From NCBI GenBank assembly GCA_964550955.1, contig CAZKAF010000001.1:568126-632125 (forward strand): DNA of 64,000 nt, given 5' to 3'. The notes below the pieces were generated by a model. That model had not been told where the DNA came from. It searched no databases and saw nothing but the letters and a program-made list of their open reading frames with translations. This document shows, piece by piece, positions 9,610 through 19,444 of this stretch (position 1 is the first letter of the stretch; the number at the start of each line of letters is the position of its first letter). The position numbers and the translations under genes are program-made. The DNA comes from an uncultured Candidatus Saccharibacteria bacterium. Lineage in GTDB: Bacteria > Patescibacteriota > Minisyncoccia > Phycocordibacterales > CAIZLB01.

Positions 9610-10746
9610 ATGAAAAAAAGATTGGCCAAATACAGTTCCCGGGAGATTCCGACCGACCTTGACTCCGAGATAGAGATTCCGACGACATGGCACCTGACAT
9701 ACACGACGGCCGACGCGCTGAAAATGATGCTCAAGGCCTGCGAGTCGGCTCAGGAGTCGATATACATGGAGCAGTTCCTCATCGAGCCGGACGAGATAGG
9801 CCAGGAATTCATAAAGCTGTTCGTAAAAAAAGCGAAGGAGGGAGTGACCGTAAAGCTGGTGCTCGATTCCATGTACAGCCGCTTCATGAGCCAGTCCCTC
9901 TACATAGACGCTCTCCAGCAGGCGGGCGTCAAGGTCAAATTTTTCAACTGGCTGTTCCCTTTCAGCACTCACAACAAGAAGCTTTGGTACTTCAGAAATC
10001 ATCGAAGGCTCCTGATAACCGACAGGCAGACCATGGTTACCGGAGGAATCTGCATCGCGAAGAAGATGGAACCGTGGCGCGAGACGTGCATCAAGGTAAC
10101 GGGACCGGTAGTAAGCCAGGCACTGTACGTATTCGACAAGACATGGAGAAAGGTATACAAGAAGCACAGCCTGACTCTCGGAACGCAATACAAGACCGGC
10201 TTGAACGGATTTTCATACATCACGCACGCTCCGCTTATCGGCGAGAGGCACGTGTATTACAGGCTCATCGACGCCATACGGCAGGCGAAGAAGACGGTCT
10301 GCATAACGACCCCGTATTTCCTTCCCGACCGAAGACTTGAGCGCGTCCTCATCCTTGCCAAGAAAAGGGGCGTGGACGTTCAGATTCTCATGCCGAGAAA
10401 ATCAAATCACCCCCTCGTGGACGTCGGATCGCATACGTTCTTCCACAAGCTCCTGTCCAAGGGAATCAAGATATACAGGTACAACGACATGGTCCATGCC
10501 AAGACGGCGCAAGTTGACGCCGATTGGGCGATGGTGGGATCCATGAACCTGGACAACATAAGCCTCAGGTATAACTTCGAATCGGCGCTCATCGTCACGA
10601 ATCAGGTCTGCGTCGAAGAGCTTAACGCTCAGTTCAAGAAGGACCTCAAGCTGGCCGACGAGCTTACCCTGCAGCACTGGGAACGGCGGTCGCTTTTCCA
10701 GAAGATGAAGGAGAAAATGGTCTGGCCCATTAGAAAATTGCTTTAG
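9610..10746 (+). CDS. phospholipase D / cardiolipin synthase-like (HKD family)
   Basis: C-terminal HAKTAQVDADWAMVGSMNLD (HxKx4D). N-terminal degenerate repeat FRNHRRLLITD. Confidence 0.7.
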   Translation: MKKRLAKYSSREIPTDLDSEIEIPTTWHLTYTTADALKMMLKACESAQESIYMEQFLIEPDEIGQEFIKLFVKKAKEGVTVKLVLDSMYSRFMSQSLYIDALQQAGVKVKFFNWLFPFSTHNKKLWYFRNHRRLLITDRQTMVTGGICIAKKMEPWRETCIKVTGPVVSQALYVFDKTWRKVYKKHSLTLGTQYKTGLNGFSYITHAPLIGERHVYYRLIDAIRQAKKTVCITTPYFLPDRRLERVLILAKKRGVDVQILMPRKSNHPLVDVGSHTFFHKLLSKGIKIYRYNDMVHAKTAQVDADWAMVGSMNLDNISLRYNFESALIVTNQVCVEELNAQFKKDLKLADELTLQHWERRSLFQKMKEKMVWPIRKLL

Positions 10747-10905
10747 GACCGGGGCTCCGGCTGAACTGCCAAGCCCGGGGCTGCCTCGGCCTGCCCCGAA
10801 GCAGGACTGAAAGCGGGCACGGGGTTGCCCGAAAAAGCGTGCAAAAACAATAGTTTTATGGTATAAAGTCATATATATTTTTAGACGTTACATAACATAA
10901 ATCCA

Positions 10906-11418
10906 TTGGCGACCCCACAAGCAAGAATCAATCATCAAATTAGAAGCCCGGAATTGCGCATCATAGGAGCGCAAGGCGAGAATCTCGGCGTCATGAGTTC
11001 CACGGAAGCCTTGAAAATGGCCATGGAACAGAATCTCGACCTCATCGAGATTTCCCCGAAAGCCGTTCCGCCCGTTGCAAAAATAGCAGATTATGGTAAA
11101 TTCCAGTATGACGAGAACAAAAAGCAGAAGCAGGCAAAGGCCAATGCTAAGACGATCGAAGTCAAAAGCCTCCAGGTAAAGATCGGAACGGGCGAACACG
11201 ACCTCATTTTGAAGGCCAAAAAGGCCTCAGAATGGCTCGCTGAAGGCCATCGAATCCGACTGGACCTCTTCCTTACAGGACGAACAAAGTACCTCGATCC
11301 GAAGTTCCTGGAGGAACGGATGGAACGACTCCTTAGGCTGATCAGCGTTGATTTCAAAATCACCGAACCGGCTAAGCGCAGTCCGAAGGGAATGTCAGCC
11401 GTTATCGAACGGGCATAA
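10906..11418 (+). CDS. infC: translation initiation factor IF-3
   Basis: INHQIRSPELRIIGAQGENLGVM...DLIEISP...IEVKSLQV IF-3 N- and C-domains. Start is non-ATG: TTG at 10906, or the in-frame ATA at 10897. Confidence 0.85.
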   Translation: MATPQARINHQIRSPELRIIGAQGENLGVMSSTEALKMAMEQNLDLIEISPKAVPPVAKIADYGKFQYDENKKQKQAKANAKTIEVKSLQVKIGTGEHDLILKAKKASEWLAEGHRIRLDLFLTGRTKYLDPKFLEERMERLLRLISVDFKITEPAKRSPKGMSAVIERA

Positions 11419-11507
11419 GGCCGGGCTCAATTATAAACAACAAGGCACTACAAGTTCCCTACTGACGTACGGACGCCTCGCGTAATCGCGCTGCAAAGCG
11501 CACAAAC

Positions 11508-11699
11508 ATGAAAACTAACAAATCATTTTCAAAGCGAATCAAAGTAAGCAAGAACGGAAAACTGACTGCGCGAAAAGCGGGTCAGAACCACTTCAACGCA
11601 AAGGAAAGCGGTCGATCACAAATTGCAAAGGGACGAACTCAGTCCATCGTCCTTACTCAGCGAAACAAGCGACGATACTTCGCTCAGTCATCCATTTAA
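11508..11699 (+). CDS. rpmI: 50S ribosomal protein L35
   Basis: 63 aa, basic; located between infC and rplT. Confidence 0.8.
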   Translation: MKTNKSFSKRIKVSKNGKLTARKAGQNHFNAKESGRSQIAKGRTQSIVLTQRNKRRYFAQSSI

Positions 11700-11735
11700 T
11701 TAATCACCCTTCTTACATAATCTATTTAAAATACC

Positions 11736-12083
11736 ATGGTACGAGTTAAAAAAGGCGTTCACGCACTCAAGACAAGACGAAATATCCTCAAGGCGGCCAA
11801 AGGCTTCCGAAACGGACGAAAGAACAAGGAAAAGCTCGCGTACGAGCAGCTCGTTCACTCATATGCGAGCATGTTCACGCATCGACGGGACAAGAAGGGC
11901 GATTTCCGACGACTCTGGAATGTTCGAATCAACTCCGCTCTCCGACCGCTCGGGCACACATACAGCAAGTTCATCGGCGCGATGAAGAAGAAGGGCATGG
12001 AAGTGGACCGAAAGATCCTCTCCGAGCTCGCTCAGGCGTCTCCAGCTTCATTCGAGCGACTTGTGAAGAAAGTTACCGAATAA
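11736..12083 (+). CDS. rplT: 50S ribosomal protein L20
   Basis: MVRVKKGVHALKTRRNILKAAKGFRN... canonical L20. Confidence 0.9.
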   Translation: MVRVKKGVHALKTRRNILKAAKGFRNGRKNKEKLAYEQLVHSYASMFTHRRDKKGDFRRLWNVRINSALRPLGHTYSKFIGAMKKKGMEVDRKILSELAQASPASFERLVKKVTE

Positions 12084-12116
12084 TTCTAAACTTAAACTGG
12101 CCGGATTAGGCAAAAA

Positions 12117-12151
12117 ATCGCGCTCAAGTTCATACAGGGCGCGATTTTTTC
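12117..12151 (+). terminator. rho-independent terminator
   Basis: atcgcgc-loop-gcgcgat followed by TTTTTT. Confidence 0.7.
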
Positions 12152-12272
12152 ATTTGTTGATATAACCCTTCTTATATGCTATTTTTTCGATTGGAAGCAC
12201 AAAAAAGCGGAAACGAGGATTGGAGGTGCAACGGCAGAAATACCAACAACTCAACCTATGGAGGAAACGCAT

Positions 12273-12800
12273 ATGCTAGTAGATCCAGACAAACTCAGGG
12301 AAGAACGCGATTTGACTGCACATGGCAGAGAATGCTGCCGAGAAGGCGGATTAGGATGCATTCATCCGGACAGGCTCCTGTATGCCAGGTTCACATTTGA
12401 GCCCGGATGCAAGTTTATCGTCGTCGCGAATGGCATTGACGGAAACTGGGAAGGAGGGATAAAAGCTGCCGGACAGCATGGCTCGAAGGACATGCTTCCG
12501 ATCAGCTCGGCAGTGTTTCATTCCCGCTCGCCGAAAGATGCAGACGACCTCGTCAGAACCGAAGGGGTGATTCTCCCCGCATTGAGGGACGGTCAGGAAA
12601 TATCCGCGCATTTCAGATTTGACATGAGCGGCGCGATGCCGGTTCTCTATGTCAGGGACACGAAAGAACCGGAATTCGGACAGTTCGCGCTGTCCGGCGA
12701 GAATCCGCCTCATGCAGAATCCCGGCAGGAAAATCCGGCTGAGATTCTTCAGAAAACTGACTGCGACAATCGGACCAGGCAGCTGGAGCTTGACCTGTAG
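12273..12800 (+). CDS. hypothetical protein
   Basis: GGAGG RBS 7 nt upstream of the ATG. No recognisable motif. The antisense ORF 12351-12899 is Arg-rich and was rejected. Confidence 0.4.
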   Translation: MLVDPDKLREERDLTAHGRECCREGGLGCIHPDRLLYARFTFEPGCKFIVVANGIDGNWEGGIKAAGQHGSKDMLPISSAVFHSRSPKDADDLVRTEGVILPALRDGQEISAHFRFDMSGAMPVLYVRDTKEPEFGQFALSGENPPHAESRQENPAEILQKTDCDNRTRQLELDL

Positions 12801-12914
12801 CCGCGCTGGAAAGAACCAGCGACAAGATGACCCCTGCGCACGCCATGTGCCAGGGGTTCTTACTTGCTTAAGCCTAAAGAGAGGCCGACGAGCCGACATT
12901 CGCGTCGAAGCGGG

Positions 12915-13565
12915 CTAAAAAACCGTATTATCGACATGGCTGTCCACTCCGTCATAGTTCTTGTAGCCCCGCAAAAGCTTCCTGTCAGCGGCGATCATGT
13001 CTATGAGCTTCGCGACGAGCCTTTTCGGATCAGTGTCAAAAACTACTTTAGTGTTTGGCCGATGACTGTTTTCCAGCATTGTCCGTATGATGGTGTCCGT
13101 CGCCCATTGTCCCTCGCCTTCGAGAATGCCGATAGGCTTCTGATCCTCGAATGAGATAGTGAACTCGTGGAATGTCCCGATGCGTCCGGGACCGATGATG
13201 ATGGCATCGCAAGAACGCGTAAAGAGAAGGTCTCGTCCGCTATAGCCGAATCCCGTATACGTGATGAAATCCATGTATTCCATCGGAAGCCTGTATACTT
13301 CGGTATGCTCCCGGGGAGAACTTGCGGGAGAAAGGCCTACGGAGACGCCGCATTCTTCCTTGCAGCCCATCGCTGCCCAGAACGGAAAGCCCGTAGTCGC
13401 GCCGGACATCATGATCGCGCCTTGGCGCGCTATTTCTTTTCCAACTTCTTTCGCCACTTCGTACGCTTCCTTTCCGAGGAATCCCATGTCAGCGGAACCG
13501 GACACGCCGATTTTTGGAATTAGATAATTTCTTTTATTGTTGGTATTTAAGCAAACAGGAGGCAT
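12915..13565 (-). CDS. LOG / TIGR00725-like Rossmann-fold protein
   Basis: KIGVSGSA ...IIIGPGRIGTFHEF resembles the LOG PGGxGTxxE motif. Confidence 0.5.
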   Translation of the reverse strand: MPPVCLNTNNKRNYLIPKIGVSGSADMGFLGKEAYEVAKEVGKEIARQGAIMMSGATTGFPFWAAMGCKEECGVSVGLSPASSPREHTEVYRLPMEYMDFITYTGFGYSGRDLLFTRSCDAIIIGPGRIGTFHEFTISFEDQKPIGILEGEGQWATDTIIRTMLENSHRPNTKVVFDTDPKRLVAKLIDMIAADRKLLRGYKNYDGVDSHVDNTVF

Positions 13566-13615
13566 ATGCGTTTTAGTATACCAGAAGATGCAAGATTAAC
13601 CTTGTTGATAAGGCA

Positions 13616-14602
13616 TTAAATTCTTACGATTCCCTTCGGCTCTCTTCCCTCGAACGTATCGATGATATTCTGCGCCGCGAGGATGGCCATTTCATTTCGA
13701 GCGCTCTCTCGAGCTGATGCGATATGCGGAGTAAGCACGACATTTTTCATTTTCAAAAGAGCCTTTGCTATTTTTGGTTCAAATTCAAAAACGTCGAGAC
13801 CTGCACCGGCTATTTTTCCAGCTTTCAGCGCGTTTATAAGCGCAGATTCCTCCACAACAGGACCGCGCGCCGTATTTATAAGATATGAGCCCTGCTTCAT
13901 CATTGCCAGCCGTTCAGCATTCATCAGGTGATGCGTGGCGGGAAGCAATGGCAAGTGAAGGCTCACGATATCTGACTTTTTGATAACCTCTTCGGGCGTT
14001 TCGCAGAATACCGCGCCGTATTCTTTTTCAAGGACATCATTTCTCTTTATATCATAATAGAAAATAGGCATGCCGAATCCCTTGCCGAGATGCATGGCCA
14101 CGCGCTCGCCTATTCTGCCCGCGCCGAGAATGCCCAGGGTTTTGGCGCTCAAATCCGTACCGATAAAAATCATAGGATCCCAGCCTTTATACTTTCCGGC
14201 ACGCACATACGCATCCGCCTCGACAAGCCTTGTCGTAAGCGAAAGGATGAGTGCCACCGTATGCTCGGCAATGCAGTCGCTGAAGCTGCCGGGGGTATTC
14301 GTGACCGCGACATTTCGCGCCTTGGCATGATCGAGAACGATGTTGTTGAATCCGACTGCATAGTTTGAAACGATCTTGAGCTGCGGACCGGCAGCGTCCA
14401 GGAGCTCGGCATCGACCTGGTCAGTAAGCAGAGTGAGGAGCGCATCGTATCTGATGCCCTTCTTTGCGGCAGCCTTTAAGTGCCTCACGAGCTCGGCCTT
14501 GGCGGGCGGAACCTTGAACTTGCCGATTTCTACCGAATAGCCTTTTGCATTGAGCATGTCGATTCCCTTCTGAGGAATCGTCCTTGTTACGAATATTTTC
14601 AT
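13616..14602 (-). CDS. D-isomer-specific 2-hydroxyacid dehydrogenase (glyoxylate/hydroxypyruvate reductase-like)
   Basis: NAD-binding GILGAGRIGERVA, catalytic region ...NTARG...; start at MKIFVTR. Confidence 0.85.
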   Translation of the reverse strand: MKIFVTRTIPQKGIDMLNAKGYSVEIGKFKVPPAKAELVRHLKAAAKKGIRYDALLTLLTDQVDAELLDAAGPQLKIVSNYAVGFNNIVLDHAKARNVAVTNTPGSFSDCIAEHTVALILSLTTRLVEADAYVRAGKYKGWDPMIFIGTDLSAKTLGILGAGRIGERVAMHLGKGFGMPIFYYDIKRNDVLEKEYGAVFCETPEEVIKKSDIVSLHLPLLPATHHLMNAERLAMMKQGSYLINTARGPVVEESALINALKAGKIAGAGLDVFEFEPKIAKALLKMKNVVLTPHIASARESARNEMAILAAQNIIDTFEGREPKGIVRI

Positions 14603-14623
14603 GCCCACATTGTACCTCAAAGA

Positions 14624-15451
14624 CTAAGCTTTATACAAAAGAGTCACGCCGTCCCATGCCGGCACGATGGCCGCATCAGACCCGTACGTTTCATGGAGCC
14701 ATGCATTGAAGCTTTTGAGGTGATTGGCCCCGTTGTCAGCCGGATTATCATACTGGACCAAGCCTTTCCACAACGTGTTGTCTATGACGAGCACGCCGCC
14801 TTTTCGCACGAGCTTCATGCATGCCTCAACGTACGATTTATACCCCTCCTTTCCGGCATCAATGAATGCCATGTCAAAGTATTCGATAGAGGGCTTGTCT
14901 TGCGTCAGCCTGCCGAGAATCTCATCGGCCTCTCCAAGTTCGAAATGAATCTTCTCGCTCAGCCCGAAATGATTCCAAAGCCTTCGAGCTTGGGCAATCG
15001 GCCGGGCATCGCGGTCGCAGGCAAACACCACCCCGCCTTTCGGCAACGCCCGCGCGATGAACGTCGTGCTGAAGCCCTTGAAGACGCCTATCTCGATGAC
15101 ATTCTTTGCGCCCGTTGCCTTGATCAGGAACTCGAAGAACCGCCCCTCCGAATACGGAACCTGCATGTATGCCTGCTCAGTCCTTGAAGCGACCTTCAGC
15201 GCCAGCGCATCATCAGGACTCTCGGATTTGTACAATAAATTCTCGATGTATCCGTTCAGCTTGCCTGTAAAGATGAGCTGCTTGGAAACCTTGGACCGGC
15301 GCATGATGTACCATTTTCGCAGGTACGGGATATTTGCGTTTTTTTTGAGTTTGGCGAAAATCTTCTTGAAATTTGGCTTATTTGAAGGATTTGAATCTGG
15401 TTTCTGTTTCATGAGGTTGTTTGGTTTGAGCACCACATCAGAGGTGCCCAT
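14624..15451 (-). CDS. class I SAM-dependent O-methyltransferase (caffeoyl-CoA OMT / YrrM-like)
   Basis: VIEIGVFKGFST...VFACDRD...IDAGKEGY motifs. True start is probably the internal MRRSKV (about 15300). Confidence 0.7.
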   Translation of the reverse strand: MGTSDVVLKPNNLMKQKPDSNPSNKPNFKKIFAKLKKNANIPYLRKWYIMRRSKVSKQLIFTGKLNGYIENLLYKSESPDDALALKVASRTEQAYMQVPYSEGRFFEFLIKATGAKNVIEIGVFKGFSTTFIARALPKGGVVFACDRDARPIAQARRLWNHFGLSEKIHFELGEADEILGRLTQDKPSIEYFDMAFIDAGKEGYKSYVEACMKLVRKGGVLVIDNTLWKGLVQYDNPADNGANHLKSFNAWLHETYGSDAAIVPAWDGVTLLYKA

Positions 15452-15540
15452 TCCCGAGCGGATATAATATCACGTCCCCGCTTTTCATTGCTAGTCTTTT
15501 ATTTATATCGATTTACGCAATATTTACGAGATTTCAAAGT

Positions 15541-15572
15541 AAAAAACACCGACATGCCTGGCACATCGGTGT
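15541..15572 (-). terminator. rho-independent terminator for the 15594-16283 gene
   Basis: acaccga...tcggtgt hairpin followed by a T-run on the minus strand. Confidence 0.55.
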
Positions 15573-15593
15573 TTGACTGATCGAAATCAGCAA

Positions 15594-16283
15594 CTATTTC
15601 CAGACGATAGTATCCACCGTTGGAGGAACCGCTTTGGGATTCTTGTAGAGCCTCATCGCCGTAGTGAGTTCCAGCTTGATGTCGCACGGAGGAGCTCCGA
15701 TGGACTTGAGCCAGTCGCAGAACTCCGCGTAGAAGCGTCGGCCTTCCTTGAGGCGGTTCACCCCTTGGACGGTATAAACAGCGAACCGCTCTTCACCGCC
15801 CTCAGGAACCCTCTTGAGCCGTGCGAGATAATAAATCCCGCTTTCGATGAGCGCCTCGCTCAGGCCCTCTGGCATGAGCGTCTCACGAAAAGCCAGATGG
15901 ATATCCCAGACCTTCTCCTCAGGCCGAGGGCGTGACACGAGTCGCTCGAACGGCAATGGCTTCAGCGCGAAGTCCGTTGACGGGTCGAAGTGATCGTCGG
16001 CAAGAATGCACTCGCTGTGCCAGTAGCCGGTTGATGCGGTCCGGTTCATCAGCTTGTGCACCTCGACTTCGATTTCCCGAAGTTCGGGATGGGTGTCCAT
16101 CTTCTTCGATGCGTGAACATCGATCAAGGGGCAGGCCGTGTAGTGCTTTGCCGTTTCCGAATCGAAAATCAGTCCTCGCCGGGCCAGATTATCGTCTTTA
16201 AATCCGAGTTCCGCCAAGGCCCTTTTGAGACCCTCGCTGTCGCCGGATTCCGTTGCAATGTGCATGTCATATCCTAGTTTCAT
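15594..16283 (-). CDS. hypothetical protein
   Basis: 229 aa; no recognisable motif; divergent from TrmB-like gene 1. Confidence 0.45.
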   Translation of the reverse strand: MKLGYDMHIATESGDSEGLKRALAELGFKDDNLARRGLIFDSETAKHYTACPLIDVHASKKMDTHPELREIEVEVHKLMNRTASTGYWHSECILADDHFDPSTDFALKPLPFERLVSRPRPEEKVWDIHLAFRETLMPEGLSEALIESGIYYLARLKRVPEGGEERFAVYTVQGVNRLKEGRRFYAEFCDWLKSIGAPPCDIKLELTTAMRLYKNPKAVPPTVDTIVWK

Positions 16284-16423
16284 TTGAATTCCTTTCTTGT
16301 TGGTTGATGTGTGACAGGATTGTCTGGAAAGACTTTACAATTTATAAAATATAGTGTACACTTTTTCACATAGATTGTGAGGAATATATAGCAATAAATA
16401 AGCCTTATTACCAACATATTCAC

Positions 16424-17149
16424 ATGAAAATACTTGAAGAAATTGGACTGACTAAAACCGAAGCCCTCGTATACGAGCGGCTTCTTCAGCTAGGAGAATG
16501 CCCTGTCGGAATTCTACAAAAATCCCTTGATTCGCATCCGCAGGTGATATACAGAACCATTGAGAGCCTTGTTAAGAAAGGCTTGGCCATTTCCATTTCG
16601 AAGAAAAACAAAAAATACGTAAGCGCAGAACATCCCAAAAAACTTGAACAACTTGAAAAGGAGAAGATTGGAAGACTGAAGGATAGTCTTCCGGAACTTA
16701 TTAACCTTATGACTCCTCCGAAAAATACCCTGGTCAAAACTAGTATTGGAATAGAGGCAATCCAGGCATTCAGACGAAGAGCGATTGATGAATTAAAAAG
16801 AAACGATACGCTTATGATCATCGGAGGGTCAGGTGATCGTTTTTATAGCGCAATGGGAGCAAAATACGAAGAGATTGAAGAAAAGAGAATGAAGAAGAAA
16901 ATACACAAGAAGCTTATTGCCTTTTCATCAGAAAAAGACAAGTTCAAAAATGATAAGCATCGACTGTACAGCGAATTCAGATTTTTCAATTCATACCATC
17001 CCACAAAATCAAGTATCAACATCTTTGGGGACAATGTTGGGATTATCGTCTGGGCAGCAGAACCAATACTCATTCACATCAAGAACGAAGAGGTTGCACT
17101 CTCGTACAAAAACTATTTCGAAGAAATGTGGAAATCTGCAAGTATATAA
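16424..17149 (+). CDS. TrmB-like HTH transcriptional regulator (paralog 1)
   Basis: N-terminal LTKTEALVYERLLQLGECPVGILQK winged HTH of the TrmB type, with a C-terminal TrmB-C-like domain. Confidence 0.65.
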   Translation: MKILEEIGLTKTEALVYERLLQLGECPVGILQKSLDSHPQVIYRTIESLVKKGLAISISKKNKKYVSAEHPKKLEQLEKEKIGRLKDSLPELINLMTPPKNTLVKTSIGIEAIQAFRRRAIDELKRNDTLMIIGGSGDRFYSAMGAKYEEIEEKRMKKKIHKKLIAFSSEKDKFKNDKHRLYSEFRFFNSYHPTKSSINIFGDNVGIIVWAAEPILIHIKNEEVALSYKNYFEEMWKSASI

Positions 17150-17191
17150 TCGTTAGGAAACCTTGACGGATTAAAGGTCTGAGGATATAGC

Positions 17192-18610
17192 TTATTCCAA
17201 AACCACGGTATCCCCTTCCTCCGGATGCACGGCATTCAGGCCGAGATAGTCTCGGATTCGCTGAACAAGGAAGAGCGAGGCCTTCGTCTCCCCCATCACA
17301 ACAAAGACTTTTTTTGCCGTCTTTTCGGTAGAGCTGACGAATTCAAGCAGGTGGTCCGAATCCTTATGAGAGGAGTACCCGTCGATTGATTCAATATGCG
17401 CTTTTATCTTTATGTTCTGGCCAAACAGAGTGATTTCCTTGGCGCCGCTTTGGATTGTCCGGCCGACTGTTCCAACCGCCTGATATCCGATGAATACGAT
17501 AGTGTTGTTCGGATCGGTCAGATAATGCGCCTCATGCCGCTGGATACGACCCCCGTTGGACATTCCGGAGCCCGCCATGATGATCTTCGGCGAAGGAGAA
17601 GTCGAGATGGCGCTTGAAGCTTCGGCCGACTCCGTAACGTGAAGCGACGGAAACTTGAAGATATCGTGCCGCTTGAACTCAGCCAGGGCTTTTTCATTGA
17701 AATTTGCGGACATTTTCTTGTAGACCTCCGTAAGCCTGATGGCAAGGGGCGAATCAAGATAGATAGGCACGGGACGAAGCTTCTTTTCCTCGAAAAGCGT
17801 ATGAATTTCGTATAAAAGTTCCTGGGTCTTTTCGAGAGAAAAAACGGGTATCAGCAGGACCCCTTTTCGGGCAGTATTGTCCTCGATTACATCCAGGAGC
17901 TTTTGCCGCCGCACGTCCCGCTCTTCGTGATTCCGGTCGCCGTACACGCTTTCCATGACGAGATAGTCGGCGTCGGTGATTTCTTCCGTATCGCGAAGGA
18001 GAGGCGTCGGGCTGTTGCCGAGGTCGCCCGTGAATGCGATTTTCCTCTTCTTGTCTTGCCCTTCTGCCGTATACGTAAGTTCGAACATCGACGATCCGAG
18101 CACATGTCCCGCATCCTTCAGATACACGTCATATCCGGGCGCCAAGCCGAAAGGACTGTGGAACGGGATAGTTTTCCAAAGCGTGAAGGCCTTGCGCAAA
18201 TCGTCATGGCCGTACAGCGGCTCGACCTTGTTCCTCTCGGCCTCTTCCTTGGTAAGCTTGAGCGCATCGGCAAGCATCAGCCGCGTGAGTTCCAGCGTCT
18301 CAGCCGTCGAATATATGACTCCCTCGAAGCCGTCCTTGACGAGCTTCGGTATCCTGCCGATATGGTCCATGTGCGCGTGAGTAACCAGGAGCATGTCAAT
18401 TTGCGCGGGATCATAGATGAAATCCCGATGATTTCTTCCTGAAGCCTCAGGTGACCCCTGCTCCAAGCCGCAGTCGACGAGCATCCTGAATGTCCCTTCC
18501 GCGCCGACTCGCGCGCCTTCGAGCAGAAAGTTCGCGCCGGTCACTGACCCTACCCCTCCGCAGAATGTCAATTTTAATTTTGTTGTTTTGGATTCGGTAT
18601 TTTTTTCCAT
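17192..18610 (-). CDS. MBL-fold metallo-hydrolase with beta-CASP domain (RNase J / CPSF-like RNA-metabolising)
   Basis: HAHMDHIG (HxHxDH), 472 aa, beta-CASP-like C-terminal region. Confidence 0.7.
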   Translation of the reverse strand: MEKNTESKTTKLKLTFCGGVGSVTGANFLLEGARVGAEGTFRMLVDCGLEQGSPEASGRNHRDFIYDPAQIDMLLVTHAHMDHIGRIPKLVKDGFEGVIYSTAETLELTRLMLADALKLTKEEAERNKVEPLYGHDDLRKAFTLWKTIPFHSPFGLAPGYDVYLKDAGHVLGSSMFELTYTAEGQDKKRKIAFTGDLGNSPTPLLRDTEEITDADYLVMESVYGDRNHEERDVRRQKLLDVIEDNTARKGVLLIPVFSLEKTQELLYEIHTLFEEKKLRPVPIYLDSPLAIRLTEVYKKMSANFNEKALAEFKRHDIFKFPSLHVTESAEASSAISTSPSPKIIMAGSGMSNGGRIQRHEAHYLTDPNNTIVFIGYQAVGTVGRTIQSGAKEITLFGQNIKIKAHIESIDGYSSHKDSDHLLEFVSSTEKTAKKVFVVMGETKASLFLVQRIRDYLGLNAVHPEEGDTVVLE

Positions 18611-19047
18611 ATGTATATTGCGATCAATCCTCCAATAGTATCATTTATTATGTCTTTCACAGTATCCGCCCAGTACATGAAATTCACGACTCCTACCTTG
18701 TAAAGAAGCTCGAGCGCTTCCCAGCCGAGCCCGACAAGCAGCACGCCGACAAGGGCGTAAGGGACCGTCTCCTTGAGCTTAAAAGCCCTGAGAAAGATCA
18801 GGGTGAAAAAGCCCGCCATAATGCCGCCCAAGACATGCATGGGGATATCGACCCATCTGAAAGTCCAGTATAAATAGAGATAATGAGCTACGGAGTGCAG
18901 GAAAATGACCGCGGCCGCATAAGCCAGGGCGAGATAGAAACGTTGTCTGATGCTCATGAGTACAGTATACAATACCGCCGGGACTAACACACTTTCAGGC
19001 GGATGAGGAGATTCCGACAGCTTTCCTGAGAAGCTCGTTCGCGGCAA
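18574..19047 (-). CDS. hypothetical membrane protein (VanZ-like?)
   Basis: Four predicted TM helices. True start may be the internal MSIRQRF. Confidence 0.4.
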   Translation of the reverse strand: MPRTSFSGKLSESPHPPESVLVPAVLYTVLMSIRQRFYLALAYAAAVIFLHSVAHYLYLYWTFRWVDIPMHVLGGIMAGFFTLIFLRAFKLKETVPYALVGVLLVGLGWEALELLYKVGVVNFMYWADTVKDIINDTIGGLIAIYIWKKIPNPKQQN

Positions 19048-19444
19048 AATAGAGCGCTGCTAGGCCGATTATGGCCGTCAGCTGATACTCGACATACGGG
19101 ACAAGGCTGAACGATTCCGGAAATATACGGCGCGTACGGGAGGGCGGCAGCAAGCGCCGCGCGGCTTCCCGGAAAACAAAAAAACCCGCCTTGCAGCGAG
19201 TTCTCTTGTTGGTACCGCAGATATCATTCCTAGTGATAAAACTAGGTGGGTTCCCTGCGCGCAAGGCCGAAAGCGATGCGGCGACTCCGAGATCCCTGAT
19301 GATTTGAGCTAAGATGATAACATACGATACCTGCCGTCCATTATATACTCGAAACTTCTTTTGTAATCTTTACAATGAAACCGAACGTTTCCTAATTTTT
19401 TATGCACACTCGGCTTCGCTCATTCTTCACAAGCTTCTTCCATG

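Noticed and set aside
12351-12899. 182-aa minus-strand ORF antisense to the 12273-12800 gene.
   Set aside because: Arg-rich aberrant composition; the plus-strand ORF has a canonical SD and ATG.
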